Shown in pieces: positions 38,501 to 53,437 of a stretch of DNA of 64,000 nt. Source of the stretch: Epiperipatus broadwayi. Taxonomy: Eukaryota; Animalia; Onychophora. The stretch covers positions 21,266,001 through 21,330,000 of the forward strand of contig JAQFVV010000003.1 in the NCBI GenBank assembly GCA_028023455.1, in the 5' to 3' direction. The number at the start of each line of letters is the position of its first letter. The first letter of the stretch is position 1. Both the position numbers and the translations under genes were made by a program. Below the pieces are notes generated by a model. The model searched no databases. It was not told the DNA's origin and saw nothing but the letters and a program-made list of their open reading frames with translations.

Positions 38501-41019
38501 TAGTGGACAAAATATTTTACTACTTCAATCAACATTAAAATCTTCAATTTAAAAAAATGTATTCTTGTTGATATAATAATATCATTCAAGGAAGTAACAA
38601 AAACTTTTTTTTTTTACAAACTTTCAGCTACAACTTCCAACATGAATCTTTCATTAATGCATCTAGAAATTCTAAAAATAGGAGATATTACTTTACATCT
38701 TGTTGATATCATAATACTCTACGTGGTGTGTGCAGTAGTAGAATATGAATTCTAGAATTTGGTCTTTTGCTTCCAGTTCTCAAATTTTATTTGAATTCTT
38801 CAGCAATGACCATTTAATTATTTATTGCATTATCATAAAGATTTTTTTCATTCAGTGAACTGTCTTTTCAAAAGAAAAAAACTAGATAGCCATTTTCCAG
38901 TTAAATTTCTCTACAAGATGAATTTCACTAAAAGCTATTGTATTGATCTTAAAACTTAACAATTTTTTAATTACAGGTTTTATCCTCCATTCACTACTTT
39001 TAAGGTTTTACATTAAGTAATTCTCACTCATTCCATGTATTTACATTTAGATTTTTTTAAAGATTTATTTACTACATTGCCTTTATTACTATTCCAAATA
39101 TTATAAATTATTTTTATTGTGTAAATAACTAAATTGACAATTATAACAATTATTTAGAATTTGAAAGAAGGGTCACTTTACACAATCTATTCAAAGAAAA
39201 AAAAAGAGTCCCTAAATAAAGTTGTAAAACATGGATAATTCTATATGTCAACTGAGAATTTCCAATTTTCTAAATTATCTTTTGCTAATGTTTTTCAGTA
39301 TCAAGACCTTTACATCTTTTATGCAGTGAAATTATTATATGTGCAATAACAATATAAATTACTTCATTTGTATATATAAATAAAAGAAAAGACATTAAAC
39401 TCCATAAATTTAATAAATTTTACAGTATAGTAACAGCCATTTTTTCTTCTAAAAGCATCATATGTGATCACAAGTATTAATAAGATTTCTTCAGTTTACA
39501 TTGAAAATATCAAAACCACCAGAGAGACTGTGGTCTGCTCATAATGAGACTATTGTTTTATTTCCATTGGACGAAAAAAAGTTATTGAAGAAAAATGATA
39601 TGGTCCAAAGTAAATATTTAATTGCAATGAAAGTCTGTAATTTCACTATTCATTTAGTTTAAAAGAAATAAAGATATGATATAGTATTTATTTTTATATA
39701 GTAGCCACACAATAACATATGTGTAAATATACTCTCACTTAATCATTAATAATCATATTATTTTTTTAATTTTGTTTATAATTTTTATATGTGTATCATA
39801 TGCATAGAAAAGCATCTTTGTTAAATACATGTGAGCTTGTGTGCTTATTGAAAACTATTGTACAGCTGAGGTTTAGTAAGCAATAACTTATCCCAGTGTA
39901 ATAAAAGCTTATCAACAAAATATAAATTATTATACATAATTTTCAATGTATGTAAGGAACTTGGAACATAAATATAGTGGATATTATGACTCCACTGAAC
40001 ATATATGTATGTTTACATAAAAAAATGAAAATATAGAAAATTTGAATTAGGAAATGTGGTTATGCAAATAAACAACTCAATTGCAACAATTAATGCATAG
40101 CAATATTTGATAGCATAAATTTATGTTGATTAGATTTGTACTAACTCAAAAGAGTGAAAACAATAAGGTATAAAAAATGAGAGAATCATTGAAAGAATAC
40201 AAAGAAATGATTGATATATTGAAATAGTATCTAGCCTTTTAGGAATCAATTCAGATATTGATTATTAATTATATGCAGTTAACTTTTATATTTTAAATTT
40301 ATTCTACTTTCCATCATTTCTCTTTACATCTTATTTCTTTATCATGATTTGTATATATCTATATAATATCATTTATATACATTCTTTAATCACTTTTTAC
40401 AGTGCAATCAAATAAATTTATTGATATTTCCTTACAATTTCAACTAACCAGCAATCTATGTAGCCATACAATCAGTACATATTTATTCATAAATAGATAT
40501 AATGAATATTTATTTGTATTTGATAAAATCTATAATGTAGAGTAATATCATAAATTTGTTATACGACATATTTATTTCTGTATAAATATATACTAATTGT
40601 ATGGATATATATTTTTTAATATTGTGATAAGCAGGAATAAATTTTATTTGATTACATTGTAAAAAGTGATTAAAATAGGTGTATAAATTTTATTACATAG
40701 ATAATTTTATTACATGGATAGATCTTGTTAGTAGTTAAAATTCAACACAAACTTAATGTGTAACATATAACTGTATGTCTATGTGTATATAAGTGTGTGA
40801 TTGACTTCCTGTTTTTCCAGGTTAATTAAATGCTGTAAAATCATTTTTAATATCCCTAGATCACAAAACAGGAAATTACATATATATTGTTGTAAAATGC
40901 TATGTTTAATTTACTACATATAATAAATTTAATGTTATCATGTACTTACTATGATATAAATAAATTAAAGAGTTGGGCTATCTTTACTAAATAACTAATA
41001 CTTTGTTTAATCTTGGATG

Positions 41020-41440
41020 TTGCTAAGAAACCATCAATTACTATTGGCAGTACTAATACCAAATTAATTATTACTCTAATCCCCAATAATATTTTTTTGT
41101 TTTGAATTTAATTAAAAATAAAAACAGATCTTTAAATTTTAAACCAATTTATTATATGGATTTAAACCCAGATATCTATTTAAATAAATATGAGAACTTG
41201 AATGACTATTCATATCTTTTGATATCTTATTATTCACAGGATCTCAACAAATAATATAAGTATTCTAAGTCCTCATAAAAATTGTTGTTTGAATTTAAAT
41301 CCATATAACAATTTGGATTAAAAATAAAAGAGAACCTTTTATTTCTAATTAAAGTCAAAACAAAAGAGCTATTATTTGATATTAAAATAAAAAGTAGTTT
41401 GGCCCTAGTACTGCCAATGATAATTGAGGCTTTCTAGCAA
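41020..41440. repeat. Degenerate foldback inverted repeat (~190-bp arms)
   Basis: TTGCTAAGAAACCATCAATTACTATTGGCAGTACTA pairs with TAGTACTGCCAATGATAATTGAGGCTTTCTAGCAA; inner pairing continues (TATATGGATTTAAA / TTTAAATCCATATA). Confidence 0.78.
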
Positions 41441-44386
41441 AAAAGGTTAAAGAAATTACTAATTATTTACATAGAAATATTCATACACTTTACATTGTTT
41501 ATATTATAATAATAATACCTTTACAAAACAGATTTAGTGCTCTCTGGTGCAGATTTACGATTTAATATTGTTAATTGCAATAATATGTATATATAAAAAG
41601 CTAACCAACATATCTATCTTGTAGCAAAATATCTAGTTGAGATTGTGGTGTTTTCAGAAAAATGTAACATTTATATATATTTTATCTAAATGCATTCAAT
41701 TGTTAGTAATAATACATCAGTTAGTATAGAACTCATTTTATTTTTCATGTATTACTGGCCTGATCAGTAATAAAATGCATTGCAATTGAACAATTGGTCT
41801 TTATATTCGTGAATACAGAATTTAATATGGTGCTTTAACCAGCTAGACTATTTTAGAATATTTTATATATTTATCTATGGTGGCACCACTTAATTCCTCT
41901 ATTTATTTCTTATCAGCATATTCTTTGATAGAAAAGTTTTCAGTTGTGCGTCAGGCAATGCAGCAAGGAAATAACCAAAATTAATTTCCAATGATTTGAT
42001 AAATAGGTTTAAACAATATTCATTGAATTTCCCCTGTCAAATCTCTTTTTTTAATTTTAAAACATTTGAATCAATATAAATGTTCATACCTATTAACTAT
42101 TTAATAGCATTAATATGATAAAGAGTTAGGATAAATTAACTAGGAAAGCATTTGAATTTATTTATATAACAATAGAAAGAATTATTGCTGTTAGTCATTT
42201 AGCTCTTATGTGATTCTCTTTGTAGAAACTCTTATTTAGTAGCAAGTCTAAAATTGTTGCTCCTGTGTGCTCTTTTAAGTACTCATATCAAAGATCTTAA
42301 TATTTGTAATAAATATAATAAAAGATATCTTAAGACTCAGAAATCCTAATGCATTGTCTTGATTTACTTCATGATAGTTTTACTATGGTTCATATTGTTC
42401 CATTTATCATGCATGCAGTGCGGGTTTGATTCTGATCTCGTTAGAAATTTTTTTTAAATTCTAATCTGATTTTTTTTCTATATAGTTATCCATTTTTGAA
42501 TATTAAATACATATTTAGCTATATTTAGCTAAAGAATAAAACAGAGATAGAAAATAATTTAAATTTTTACTACCTAGTTATTGATCAGCAGAGTGGTTGA
42601 TAAATATCTTTTTTGCTGTTTTTCTATAAGAGATTATTGGTAGAAACTTATCCTTAAACAGTTCCTGAAAGGTTTATATCTAATATAATAAATAAAGTAC
42701 AACAATAAAATGATGCCTCTGGACAGCAACTTTTCTCGTTTTGATCCCCTGACATTACCAACTTTAAAAATTGGCTTGTAATAGATTTTTATTATATATG
42801 TATATGAAAAAAATAGCAATTTTATAGTAATTTTTTATCTCGTAATTTTCCACTCTTTTTTTAGAAATGCATTTTCAATAAAAGAAAAGAAAAATGACAA
42901 AGAAAAAAAATGACTTCTTAGTATTCTTACTAAACTAATAGAAAAATTTGACAGATTTATTGGATAAACCTGAAGAATTCTTTCAAACTTGTGGACAATT
43001 CAAGGTTTCAACTGTTGTATTTAAAGTGAAACACATCAATTTTATGGTAATTACCTTAGTAAATCATTTTAGCAACTGAAATTAAATAAATAGTTAATAA
43101 AAGACAAACAAAAGATTCAAGTTCTTCAAATTGTACACATAAAAGTAATTGATATATGTATTTTAAAAATCTTATTTTTGAATAGTCATTTTCTTCAAAA
43201 CAAGTTCCATATTTATTTAAAAACCATCTGATATAATACGTTTATTTCTAGCTTCTGTAGCAATCATAATTACTTTTTTCTTCTTTTTTTTTTAGATACA
43301 CTTTTTTAATAGATTTTTTAAATTATCTCTGCTTCTTAAAAACGGAGTAATCGAATTCTATTTATTTTATTAATGACTTTTTTTTTCATTCATCTTATTC
43401 GTATGTCAGTTTTCAAATTTTTCTGATTTCTTAGTACTATTTTCATTTTTTCCTAATCCTTGGGCATATTGCGTTACGCAACTATATTTTTTTACCCAGA
43501 CTTTTGCATTGCTAATTTTTAAGATTTAATAGATCATCATTTTTTTAGCAATATTACTAAAATGTTTACAAGTGATTTAATTCAGTTCAGAAGATTTTAT
43601 CGAATGCACATATAGTTATATACTAAAAACACCTATCTTCTGGATGTGATTACAGCAATTCAGTTCTCATCACCTTACTACAATGAATTTATATGAGTTT
43701 GAGTAATAATAGATAGATTGCTAACTTTCTAGCTATTGTTTTCTTTTACAGCAAATCACAGTTTTATGCTATAACCATTAAGACACACTTTTTATCCTTA
43801 TATTGCTTCCAAAATAATTTTTTGAATTTTAAAATATTCTAAAATTTAATTTCAAACTACATGAATGCTTATCAATATTTAGCAAAAATATATTTTAGTA
43901 GTCTATTAACCAAACAAATTGTTAAATGACAATTGTCTAATATGATGCGATGTAATGCATTTTATTCTTACATGAAGTTTCTGATTACAGATATTATCTA
44001 CAAGCAATTTTTGCAAGCAATATATTTTTAAAGACTGCATTTTTAATCTCTAATTTCCCTATCCCATTTTTTAAGAAATCCTCTTCAATTTTTTTATTAT
44101 TTTATTGTCGTTTATTATTATTCATCATTCACCTTTAAAAAAAATCCTATCACTACTTTTCTCCCGTTATATTGTTCCCATTATAACTGTGTATGGTTTT
44201 TGTGTAATAATGGAGAAATGGTCTTTAGAGCTCAAAATCCATGGATCATATCTCCAACCCTATCACCTCCAGTACTTGTATTTTCTATTAACTTCTTGAT
44301 AGTAAATATATTTATGTATATATAATATAGGGGATTTGAACAGAGATTTTCAAGCTTCTCACAGCTAACCACTCTAGCTCATATAA

Positions 44387-44705
44387 CCACACATATGTGA
44401 AAAAGATAAATGATCTCTAATATATGCATTTCATGCTGAACCAGTACTCATCAATTGGGCCAGATTATAATCTCCCACACATATATATAATCAGTGCTCC
44501 ATTTATATTATGATAACAAATCTTCAAACTTTAATGGACATGTTTCAATCTACCTCATCCTTCAACTGATAAGTGTTGATCAGCATGAAATATATACATA
44601 TTGGAGATCATTTATCTTTTTCACTTGTGTGTGGCCATGTGCATTGGTTGTATGAGATAGAATGGATAGCTGAGGGAAGCTTTAAGATCTGTCTCTAAGT
44701 CACTT
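44387..44705. mobile_element. Foldback element, hammerhead family B
   Basis: Arms 44387-44458 and 44563-44635. The right side continues past the arm with sequence homologous to 12945-13005. Each arm contains a hammerhead-like core. Confidence 0.78.
44560..44606 (+). ncRNA. Degenerate minimal hammerhead motif (family B)
   Basis: CUUCAA CUGAUAA GUGUUG-AU-CAGCAU GAAAU(AUAU)ACAUA UUGGAG; helix I CUUCAA/UUGGAG pairs fully. The opposite arm (44415-44458, -) reads CCAA UUGAUGA GUACUG-GUU-CAGCAU GAAAUGCAUA(UA) UUAGAG. Confidence 0.55.
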
Positions 44706-45374
44706 ATATTACACATCCATACTCCAGGTATATTAATTATACTCACGTTTAAATATTATATATATATATATATTCTACAGTTTCATTATTTGCTTTTTAT
44801 TTTTAATAATAATATTAAATATTTATTCGTTTCTCTATCGCTCTACTCCAGACATGTAATGTAAACATGAATAATCACTGGGCACCAAATACAAGTTGTT
44901 GGATTCAAAAATCTTAGAATATTATCTTGAGTAGTATAAAATATGTATTGGTGATTTCTGGTTGTGTAGATGTAATCTAATATTTATCACCAGTGAAACT
45001 CAGTAGCCAAAAAATAATTTGAATATTTAATAATTACTACTCTCTGATATCATTGATTATTCTCGCTTATAGTAAATAGCTTTACAGATATAAATTAAGT
45101 GAAATTACAATTTTCTTTTTAGAAATAGATACTCCAGTAAAAAATGCAATAAGTTTTGTACTTATATTTTATTTGCATTTAAATGCAGCAATTCACTGTT
45201 TACTTATCTTCTTATGGTCCATATATGCAAGCATGTATAATCAATGCTACTTTCACTTATTGTCAAAGAAACTAATATGGAATAAATTAATTACCATACT
45301 TTTAGGCATTATTCAATTATAAATAAATAATCATATGGTTGTTTGATCAGAAGCTAAATAAAAGTTTGAGTGTG

Positions 45375-45445
45375 GGAAGGACAGAGCTGCAGCCATGACC
45401 CAAGGACCTTGAACTCTAGAGTCATCACTTTATCATTGCATTTAA
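45375..45445 (-). mobile_element. Degenerate tRNA-derived SINE head
   Basis: Shares GACCTTGAACTC(T/C)AGAG with 52508-52524. Confidence 0.42.
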
Positions 45446-47555
45446 CAATGCAGGATATTTATTTACTAAAATGACTAGACTACAACTATGTCATGTGCAA
45501 CAATAAAATAGTAGACTCTGATTTCAAGACCCAAATATTGTATCTTTAACTCATGAATTTTTGGAGCACTAAAACATTCAGTTATGTTACTAAAACTCTG
45601 TTTTGATATATGGTTTCACTATAAAGAGAACTATCTATCAGAAATTTATTAAAGAATTTTAATAATTTTTATTTTATATTGATATGGATATTAAATGTCA
45701 CTGATTCATAAAAAGATGTCAGAAGAAAAATAAGAGATACATATTTCACTGTTTCATTAATTTTCCCTTGCTTTTTTACGATTATATTATTTAACATTTA
45801 TTAGTTTAAGGTGAATGTTTTTATGCCAACAGACTCCACTATTTATTCTCCACAAAAAAATTAATATAAAAATTCTATTAGATATGTTTAGCCATACTTA
45901 TAAGTAGACTGTTAGTGAATATAATCAAGACTTATTTTAAACTATGGGCCCTATTGTCTGATTACTTCAATCTGTCTTTAGTGGGAAACTTAACATACAG
46001 ACATCTTTTATGTGACAGTTGCACTAAAAGCAAATGTGAATATTTATTTAAGGATTTAATTTTTAGGTCCTCTCTATATCATTATTATCTATATTTCATT
46101 TGGACTTTAATATTTATAAGTTTTAACAGAAGATAAATTAAAAATAATGTTAGAATAAAGACTGGTAGTTCTTGACATCAAAGGAATGATTATCAAAGTG
46201 AATGGACTGATTTTAAAAAAATAATTCTTACATGTAGGAATAGTGTTGAATAACTTCTCTCAAAATTTAATTGACAATTATTTATGAGATATATTAAATT
46301 ACATATTCTTACAAGTATGTGTATATATATTATATAGCATACAGTACATTTGGTTACATGTACAAATATACATATGTATGAAAAAATAAAAATTTGTATA
46401 ATTTAGATTTTTCTGTATATCAATAAACTAGATTTATTTTAGTTAAATTGGGAAGCTAAAGATTTGTTTAATTAAAGAAATTAAATATATATTGTGATGT
46501 ACACACATTGCCATTTATAGTTTTTTTGTAATGAATAAATAAATAAATAAATAAAACAGTTAAAAGTCATCTATTTAATAAAATATATTTTTATTGTTTA
46601 GAATGAATCTGAAATAAATGACTTATTTATTTATTAAATTTTAAAATGAAATATTTTTGTTTAATTTATTATTGAATGATAACAATGCCTTATTAGAATT
46701 AGAAGAAAGAGAAATATGATCATAAGTCAGTGTTTAAAAAAGAAAAAGACTGTATTTTGTGTTGCCATAGCTACAGAAATGATTTTTGCATAAAGACATA
46801 GACTTTGTATTTGAAACATATAACAAAGAAATATGGACTGTGAATAAGACAATTTAAATAAAGGGCATGAGCTTTCCCCTCTTCATTTGGTATCTTTACG
46901 ATTAAAATAAAATGAATATCACAAATGCTATACTGACTGCCATAAAGCTAAGATAATTGAATTCACCTTGGATTGTAATATCAAAAGAAATAATAATTGG
47001 ATATCATCTAATTACTCAAATTGCTTATGAATCCCTATGTTTGTGTTTTGCTAGCAAAAAAAGGTATCAAACAAAACATCATTGAATAATGGAATATCAG
47101 CTGAAGTCATATACAAGCAAAACCGTGGTAACAGATGCTAATAAAAACCTGCTTTTTAAAATAATACTGTCAGATAAATTTAATTTAAAAATGAAATGGT
47201 TAAAAAAGGAGCATAATAATAGTTTTAGCAATAAACATTTATTAAAGGTTTTTTATTAACAATTTTCATTAGTATAACATACATGACATTCATTATCATT
47301 TAAATGATATTTTTTTTTAGAAAAAAAGGATAACAATATTAAAAAAAATATTATTACTTTGTTTAAAGAGTTTATATTTAGCTCTTTTACAACTGTATTC
47401 TTTACAATTTAAATGTGTACCAAATATACCATTTGCAATCATAAAAAAGAGGAAGTAAATTATAAAAATATGATAGGATATTAGATTGCAGTTGGTAAAT
47501 TAGAATTATAATCTTTATTTTATTCACCTCAAAGAATTAATGCTTATTTCAATAA

Positions 47556-47747
<192 letters not shown>

Positions 47748-49176
47748 ATAAGTCCTTTGATTTATCTCTTGCATCAATCATTATAAATTTATTTTATTAC
47801 ACAATTTATTTTACAATTAAAATAATTTATTTTTATATCCCATATTGTACTTTATCATCAAATAAATCATCATTTATTGAATTGTATTTTTTGCCAAGCA
47901 AGATACTCATTATTTTAACTATTGGCAACTTACAAAATTCAAGAGTCCATTATAAATATAAATTTAAACTGCTATAGAGCCATTTGTAAATCAACATATT
48001 TATTTATCTATTTTAGTTATATATATTTTAGTTGCCTAAGTACAACATTTATGCAATATACTTTAGAGTGCCCAAATAACTGGTGCATAAGTGGCAAAAA
48101 CCACTTAGTTCATGGTTTTATTTATTATATATTGTTGCCCAAATCTATGAGGCATTTTCAGACCAGCTAGCCATACTTAATTATAATATCTAAAGCATTT
48201 ATTTTAGCTTTACATTTTGGCAGTCTTTATTATTTTTTCTTTATATTTGGCTCATCCAACAAAGAAATATTGCTATCCATAAAAAAATGTTGCTTCAGTA
48301 GCATTGTTCATATGTTAATGTATTTAATAAGTCTTGAATATCTTGATTAAACACAAATTTTAGATAATAGGATTAATAAATATCAAAATGTAAATAAAAT
48401 AAAATAAAAATGCAGGTAAGCCAAAAATGTATATGATAGGCAGATGTCAGATTAGAAAACCCATTTCAAAAATCAGTGACAAGAAAAACTATTAAAGAGT
48501 AAAAACTTTTTTGTGTTTTGACTTTGCTTGTCTAGACTTGCTTGTCCTTGGCATCTTCTCTTTAAGTCAGAAATGAAACCAGCATGCTGATGTAAAGGAC
48601 CAAAAGCTGAAATATACAGATGTAGTACTGGTATATATTAGTCAAAAAAGAACAATAATATTCCATATAAATGAAAAATATTTTATACAGATATCTTTGC
48701 CATGACAGACTAATTCTGTGGTGAGTGTTTATTCTGACCTTGTCACACTATAGCTATTAATTATAAAGAAAAATTCCTAAACCGAAGTTTAAAATAAACC
48801 AATCATTTTTGAAAGGTATTTACTATTATCTGAATTATTCATCTATCAAAGGCTCATCTGCTAAAATAGAATGATAAAAAAAATATGCATATATAAAACA
48901 AGAAACAATAAAATAACATTGGTTCTCTGACTAGTTAATACTGAAACTCTATTTAAAAGTCAATCTAGCTTTAATCATAAATTGGCACACGTGTATAAAC
49001 TGAAAGTGTACCAGGAACCAACTAAGCTAAACAATAGCAGTGGAAGCTTTTAAACCCAAGAGCCTGTCATAATTACATTTTTTCTAATGTGTGTGCAAGT
49101 TGGGGTCAATCAAGAAATCAGTCAAATTAATGATCTCATGAAAGTTAAATCCAAAAATTGAGTCACCACATACATG

Positions 49177-49641
49177 AACTTGAAATAAAAATCCAAAAGA
49201 CATAAAATGTGATCGCAAAATAATTAACAAATAGATCATTCCATTTTATTCATAAGCCTAAAATAAATAGTTAAAATAAATAAAATATTAGACTCCACTA
49301 AAATGAAACAAAACAATGGTATATTTCTATAGCTAATATTTTGTCTCATATATATTACAAGTGAGCATCAATTAATATTTTATATTTTTATTCTAATGTA
49401 TCATTTTTTAACTTGAAATAAAAATCCAAAGACATGAAATGTGATCACAAAATAATTAACAAATAGATCATTCCATTTTATTCATAAGCCTAAAATAAAT
49501 AGTTAAAATAAATAAAATATTAGACTCCACTAAAATGAAACAAAACAATGGTATATTTCTATAGCTAATATTTTGTCTCATATATATTACAAGTGAGTAT
49601 CAATTAATATTTTATATTTTTATTCTAATGTATCATTTTTT
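49177..49641 (+). repeat. Tandem duplication, ~233-bp unit x2
   Basis: AACTTGAAATAAAAATCCAAAAGACAT...TTCTAATGTATCATTTTTT at 49177-49409 and 49410-49641, with only a few differences. Confidence 0.95.
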
Positions 49642-50336
49642 ATTAGTGTTCTTTCTGGTATTTTTATTAATTAATCTTTTTTTATTATATCATGGTTTGA
49701 ATTATTGTATTTTTCAAATATGTAAATATTCAAAAGTAATCTAATCATTATCATCAAAAAAATTTATTTTATTAATTCTTTGCAAGTAGTCACTATTTCT
49801 TATTCCATAGCACTCTTGCATCATTCTATATAATTGTGATACCAAGATAGATGTTAGGTTTTTGTAATATTTGTATTATTATTTTAATTGCAGATAAGCA
49901 ATAATTCATGCCTGCCATACCAAGTAAAGTGATTACCCTGTGAAGGATTATCATGTTCACATGAGACAGTTGTGGACTAATAAAGGAGTATAACATCAAA
50001 AAAGCTAGGAATGAATTTGAATCCATAATAGATCTTTATTATTATAGAGATGGCACTTTAATCTGCAATATGGCAATATCTATAGTGACAAGGGATAGTC
50101 CCTCTTTTTAAAGAAAATATGGCTGACTACCCAATCTGATCATTATAGTTAGTTAGGATACCAAATATAATTAATGTGGTTGTTTTTAAAAATCTCACTA
50201 TAAATAGCTTGCACATTCTAATTTATGTATATATAAAAGAGATAACCATGTTCTCATTACACAGAAATATACATTTATATGTGTTTTATGACATACAACA
50301 ATATAATCATGTGTGTGTGCATATATATATATATAT

Positions 50337-50717
50337 ATTGTAACATAAAAATATGCTTAATTTTAATTTTAAAATCAGAATTAATAAAATATTAATTTGA
50401 TCATTTTAAATGTTTAATTTATAATAAATGTTTATTAAATTCAAAATTATTTAATCCTTAACTCTTATTCCAGTGTAATATAAAAAATATCTACAAAAAA
50501 TTGTGTTTATTTCTTTTCCTTTCAACAGTTGAAAGGAAAAGAAATAAACACAATTTTTTGTAGATATTTTCTATATTACATTGGAATAAGAGTTAAGGAT
50601 TAAATAATTTTGAATTTAATAAACATTTATTATAAATTAAACATTTAAAATGATCTAATTAATATTTTATTAATTCTGATTTTAAAATTAAAATTAAGCA
50701 TATTTTTATGTTACAAT
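50337..50717. repeat. Near-perfect 381-bp palindrome (190-bp arms, 1-nt centre)
   Basis: Centre TTTCAAC-A-GTTGAAA at 50527; about three mismatches between the arms by manual comparison. Confidence 0.95.
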
Positions 50718-52482
50718 AAATATACTGATAATTATAAAATTTCTCTATCTATTTTGAATAGCAAATTTTTTATAATTAATGCTTGTATAACATATTTTGA
50801 TAAAATTCCACAATTTTTTTTTTAAAAGATTAAGTTGAATTGAAAAGAGTCATTAACTTTTTTCAATCAACATAGGGAAAATTTATTTTTAATTATTGTA
50901 TTTTTTCCCCATACTGACTATAAAAGGGTTGGAAAAAAGATCAGAAATGAGTTTTTTACAGTTTTAGATTATGACATTTACCATGAAGTTATAACCAAAG
51001 GCAAGAGACTAGACCTAGATGCTGCTACTAGTTTACTATAGCCTGTATATATATATATATATGTGTGTGTGTGTATTGGATGCATAGACTAAAGGTAGCT
51101 CATTGCAGGTCAGCAGTTACTTGGATTATACCTTTCCTGAAAATTACAATAAGCCAATTACTATTTAGAAGGAATCAGCTTACTCAGAGAGGCCATCGGC
51201 TTACTGAAGAATTAATTTATAAATATACTTTTTTATCTATATGCAGACAATCTCAGATAAAAAATGCACTGTGTTGCTGGTGAGTAGAGTTATATATATT
51301 GAGAATTTTAGCATTTAAATTTCTTGAAATATTTAAAATTTCTAGTTAACAAATTTTAAAACTAAATGACTTTTGTCAACTAAAAGCAAAACAAGTAAAT
51401 AATTTTTGCTTGAATTAAGTCTAAAAAACATATAATTGATTCATAAACAATTTTATTTTGAAAAAATAAAGTAAATTCCAAAAATCTTTTAAATCATTAA
51501 GTAAGCTATATATTGCTTCTTGCATGTTACATATCTACAATGATATATTCTTTTTCCAGCTTGAGATAATGACATTATTAATCAGATATCTAAATGATTT
51601 TGGTTTATTTCCATAAATATTTTGAAGTGGTTTTGATATGTTGAACCTATTTTCTAAAAATTATGTTTTATTGTTAACATAATTGTGATTCTTTGTTATC
51701 AACATCACTTCATATACAGAAATAATAACAAAAAATTAAAAAATAGTAAATAAAACAAATATAAGAGTATGACACAAAAAATTGTAAAAGATGTGTTAAT
51801 AAAGATTTAGACTGTCCTATGGAAGAACGATTAAGAGAAGATAAATTGGTATAAATTTTACAATAAAAAAGTATATATAATCAATAGATGAAAAGGATTT
51901 CTGTTATCTAGCTACAAGACTGGATTTATCAAATTCATATTTTCTAACTGTGAAGCCATCAAAAAATATGCATATATTATTATATAATTTTGTAAAAAAA
52001 TGTTTTTTCAGTTATTTATAAATAAAGCTAAAACTACTTTTAGATATTTGACTTCAGAGCAAAGGCCTTTAAAGTCTAAATATCCTCTTATAGAAAAAAT
52101 ACTGAAAGATGAAGCATTACTCACCAGGCTAGATTGGCTATGAACTAACTCAAATTAAACACTGAAATGTTTTATTTGGCTCAAATTTAAACCCAAGTTG
52201 TAGATCATTTGAAAATATTAACAATAATTAAAAAGTATATGCTGTGTATTTTTTTTGCAGAATGTTGCAGAGGCATTTACAGAAGCTAAAGATTTCTGAA
52301 TTGACTACTACCTGAATAAAATAAAGAAAAAAATCACTTTTTAATCAGCTAAATAGAATAGTTGCATTTTGTGTGTCTATTTAGATGCTCAAAATCACAT
52401 TTTAAAATTAACATATAGTTATAAAAAAAAATAATCAAATGATTTATTTCTTGGTTGTTTATAAGAAATTTGATCAGCTAAG

Positions 52483-52548
52483 AGATGGAGTAGACTTGTG
52501 ACCAATAGACCTTGAACTCCAGAGTGCATGGTTAAACTAAACCATCAC
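52483..52548 (-). mobile_element. Degenerate tRNA-derived SINE head
   Basis: Reverse complement GATGGTTTAGTTTAACCATGCACTCTGGAGTTCAAGGTCTATTGGTCACAAGTC shows an A-box-like start and tRNA-like layout. Confidence 0.45.
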
Positions 52549-53437
52549 AGATCTTGTACAGTTATAGCTATAATTATATTTGCTAGATAAAAAAAAAGAG
52601 GAAGCTCAATGTTATTAGTTCATTTCTTATTTGATTATATGTATTGTAGTAATTTTTTTTAAATTGAAATTTTCATTCACCTAAGTGTAGTAATTTGTAG
52701 TTTGATCTTGATTTTCATCTATGCATGCTATGCTAACAAAGCTATACATTGATCAAATTAATAGCCTGGGTTACTGCTTTTCTAACAGAATAATGCAGAT
52801 ATCCTCTATCAACTGGTTTTCCCTTTGACTACAAAGGAATAAATGTTCTCATAATCTGCTTGATTTCCAGAGTTCTCTCATCAAGCATGAAGATATCTTT
52901 TTGAAAGATAGCTGTGTGTATTTGCTTAAATCTTTTATACTTAAAGCCATATATTTTAAAGTTATCTAATTCCTAATCCTATAGTGCTCTATATACCATA
53001 CTGCTTGTCATATTACACTGCTGCATATTATTTTTATAGTCACATGATAGTTTGCTATAACTTAACTCTTTATTTTTTCAACTGTTTTGCTTTGAAAATT
53101 AGATATATTAATCATATACTAAATGTTTTCTTTCATTTGAATGCTTCATTATAAACTGATTGATTTCTGGGTTATATATTAGTGCTTAAATATTATAATG
53201 GTAGTACATCACTTGTCATGCATTCATCTTGAGATTGGATCCTCAGCACATAAAATGTAAAAAAAAAATCATACTCCAATAAGACTTAGAAGAGAATTTT
53301 TTTATAGATGGTAAATAAATATGGAAAAACTTCTCAAACCTTCATAATCTGGAAATTGATAAAGTTAGTAAATAATGACTTTATATTTTTTATGAGAAGA
53401 ATTGGGGAAGAGTATGTTGGAAAAATCTTTGACCTAC

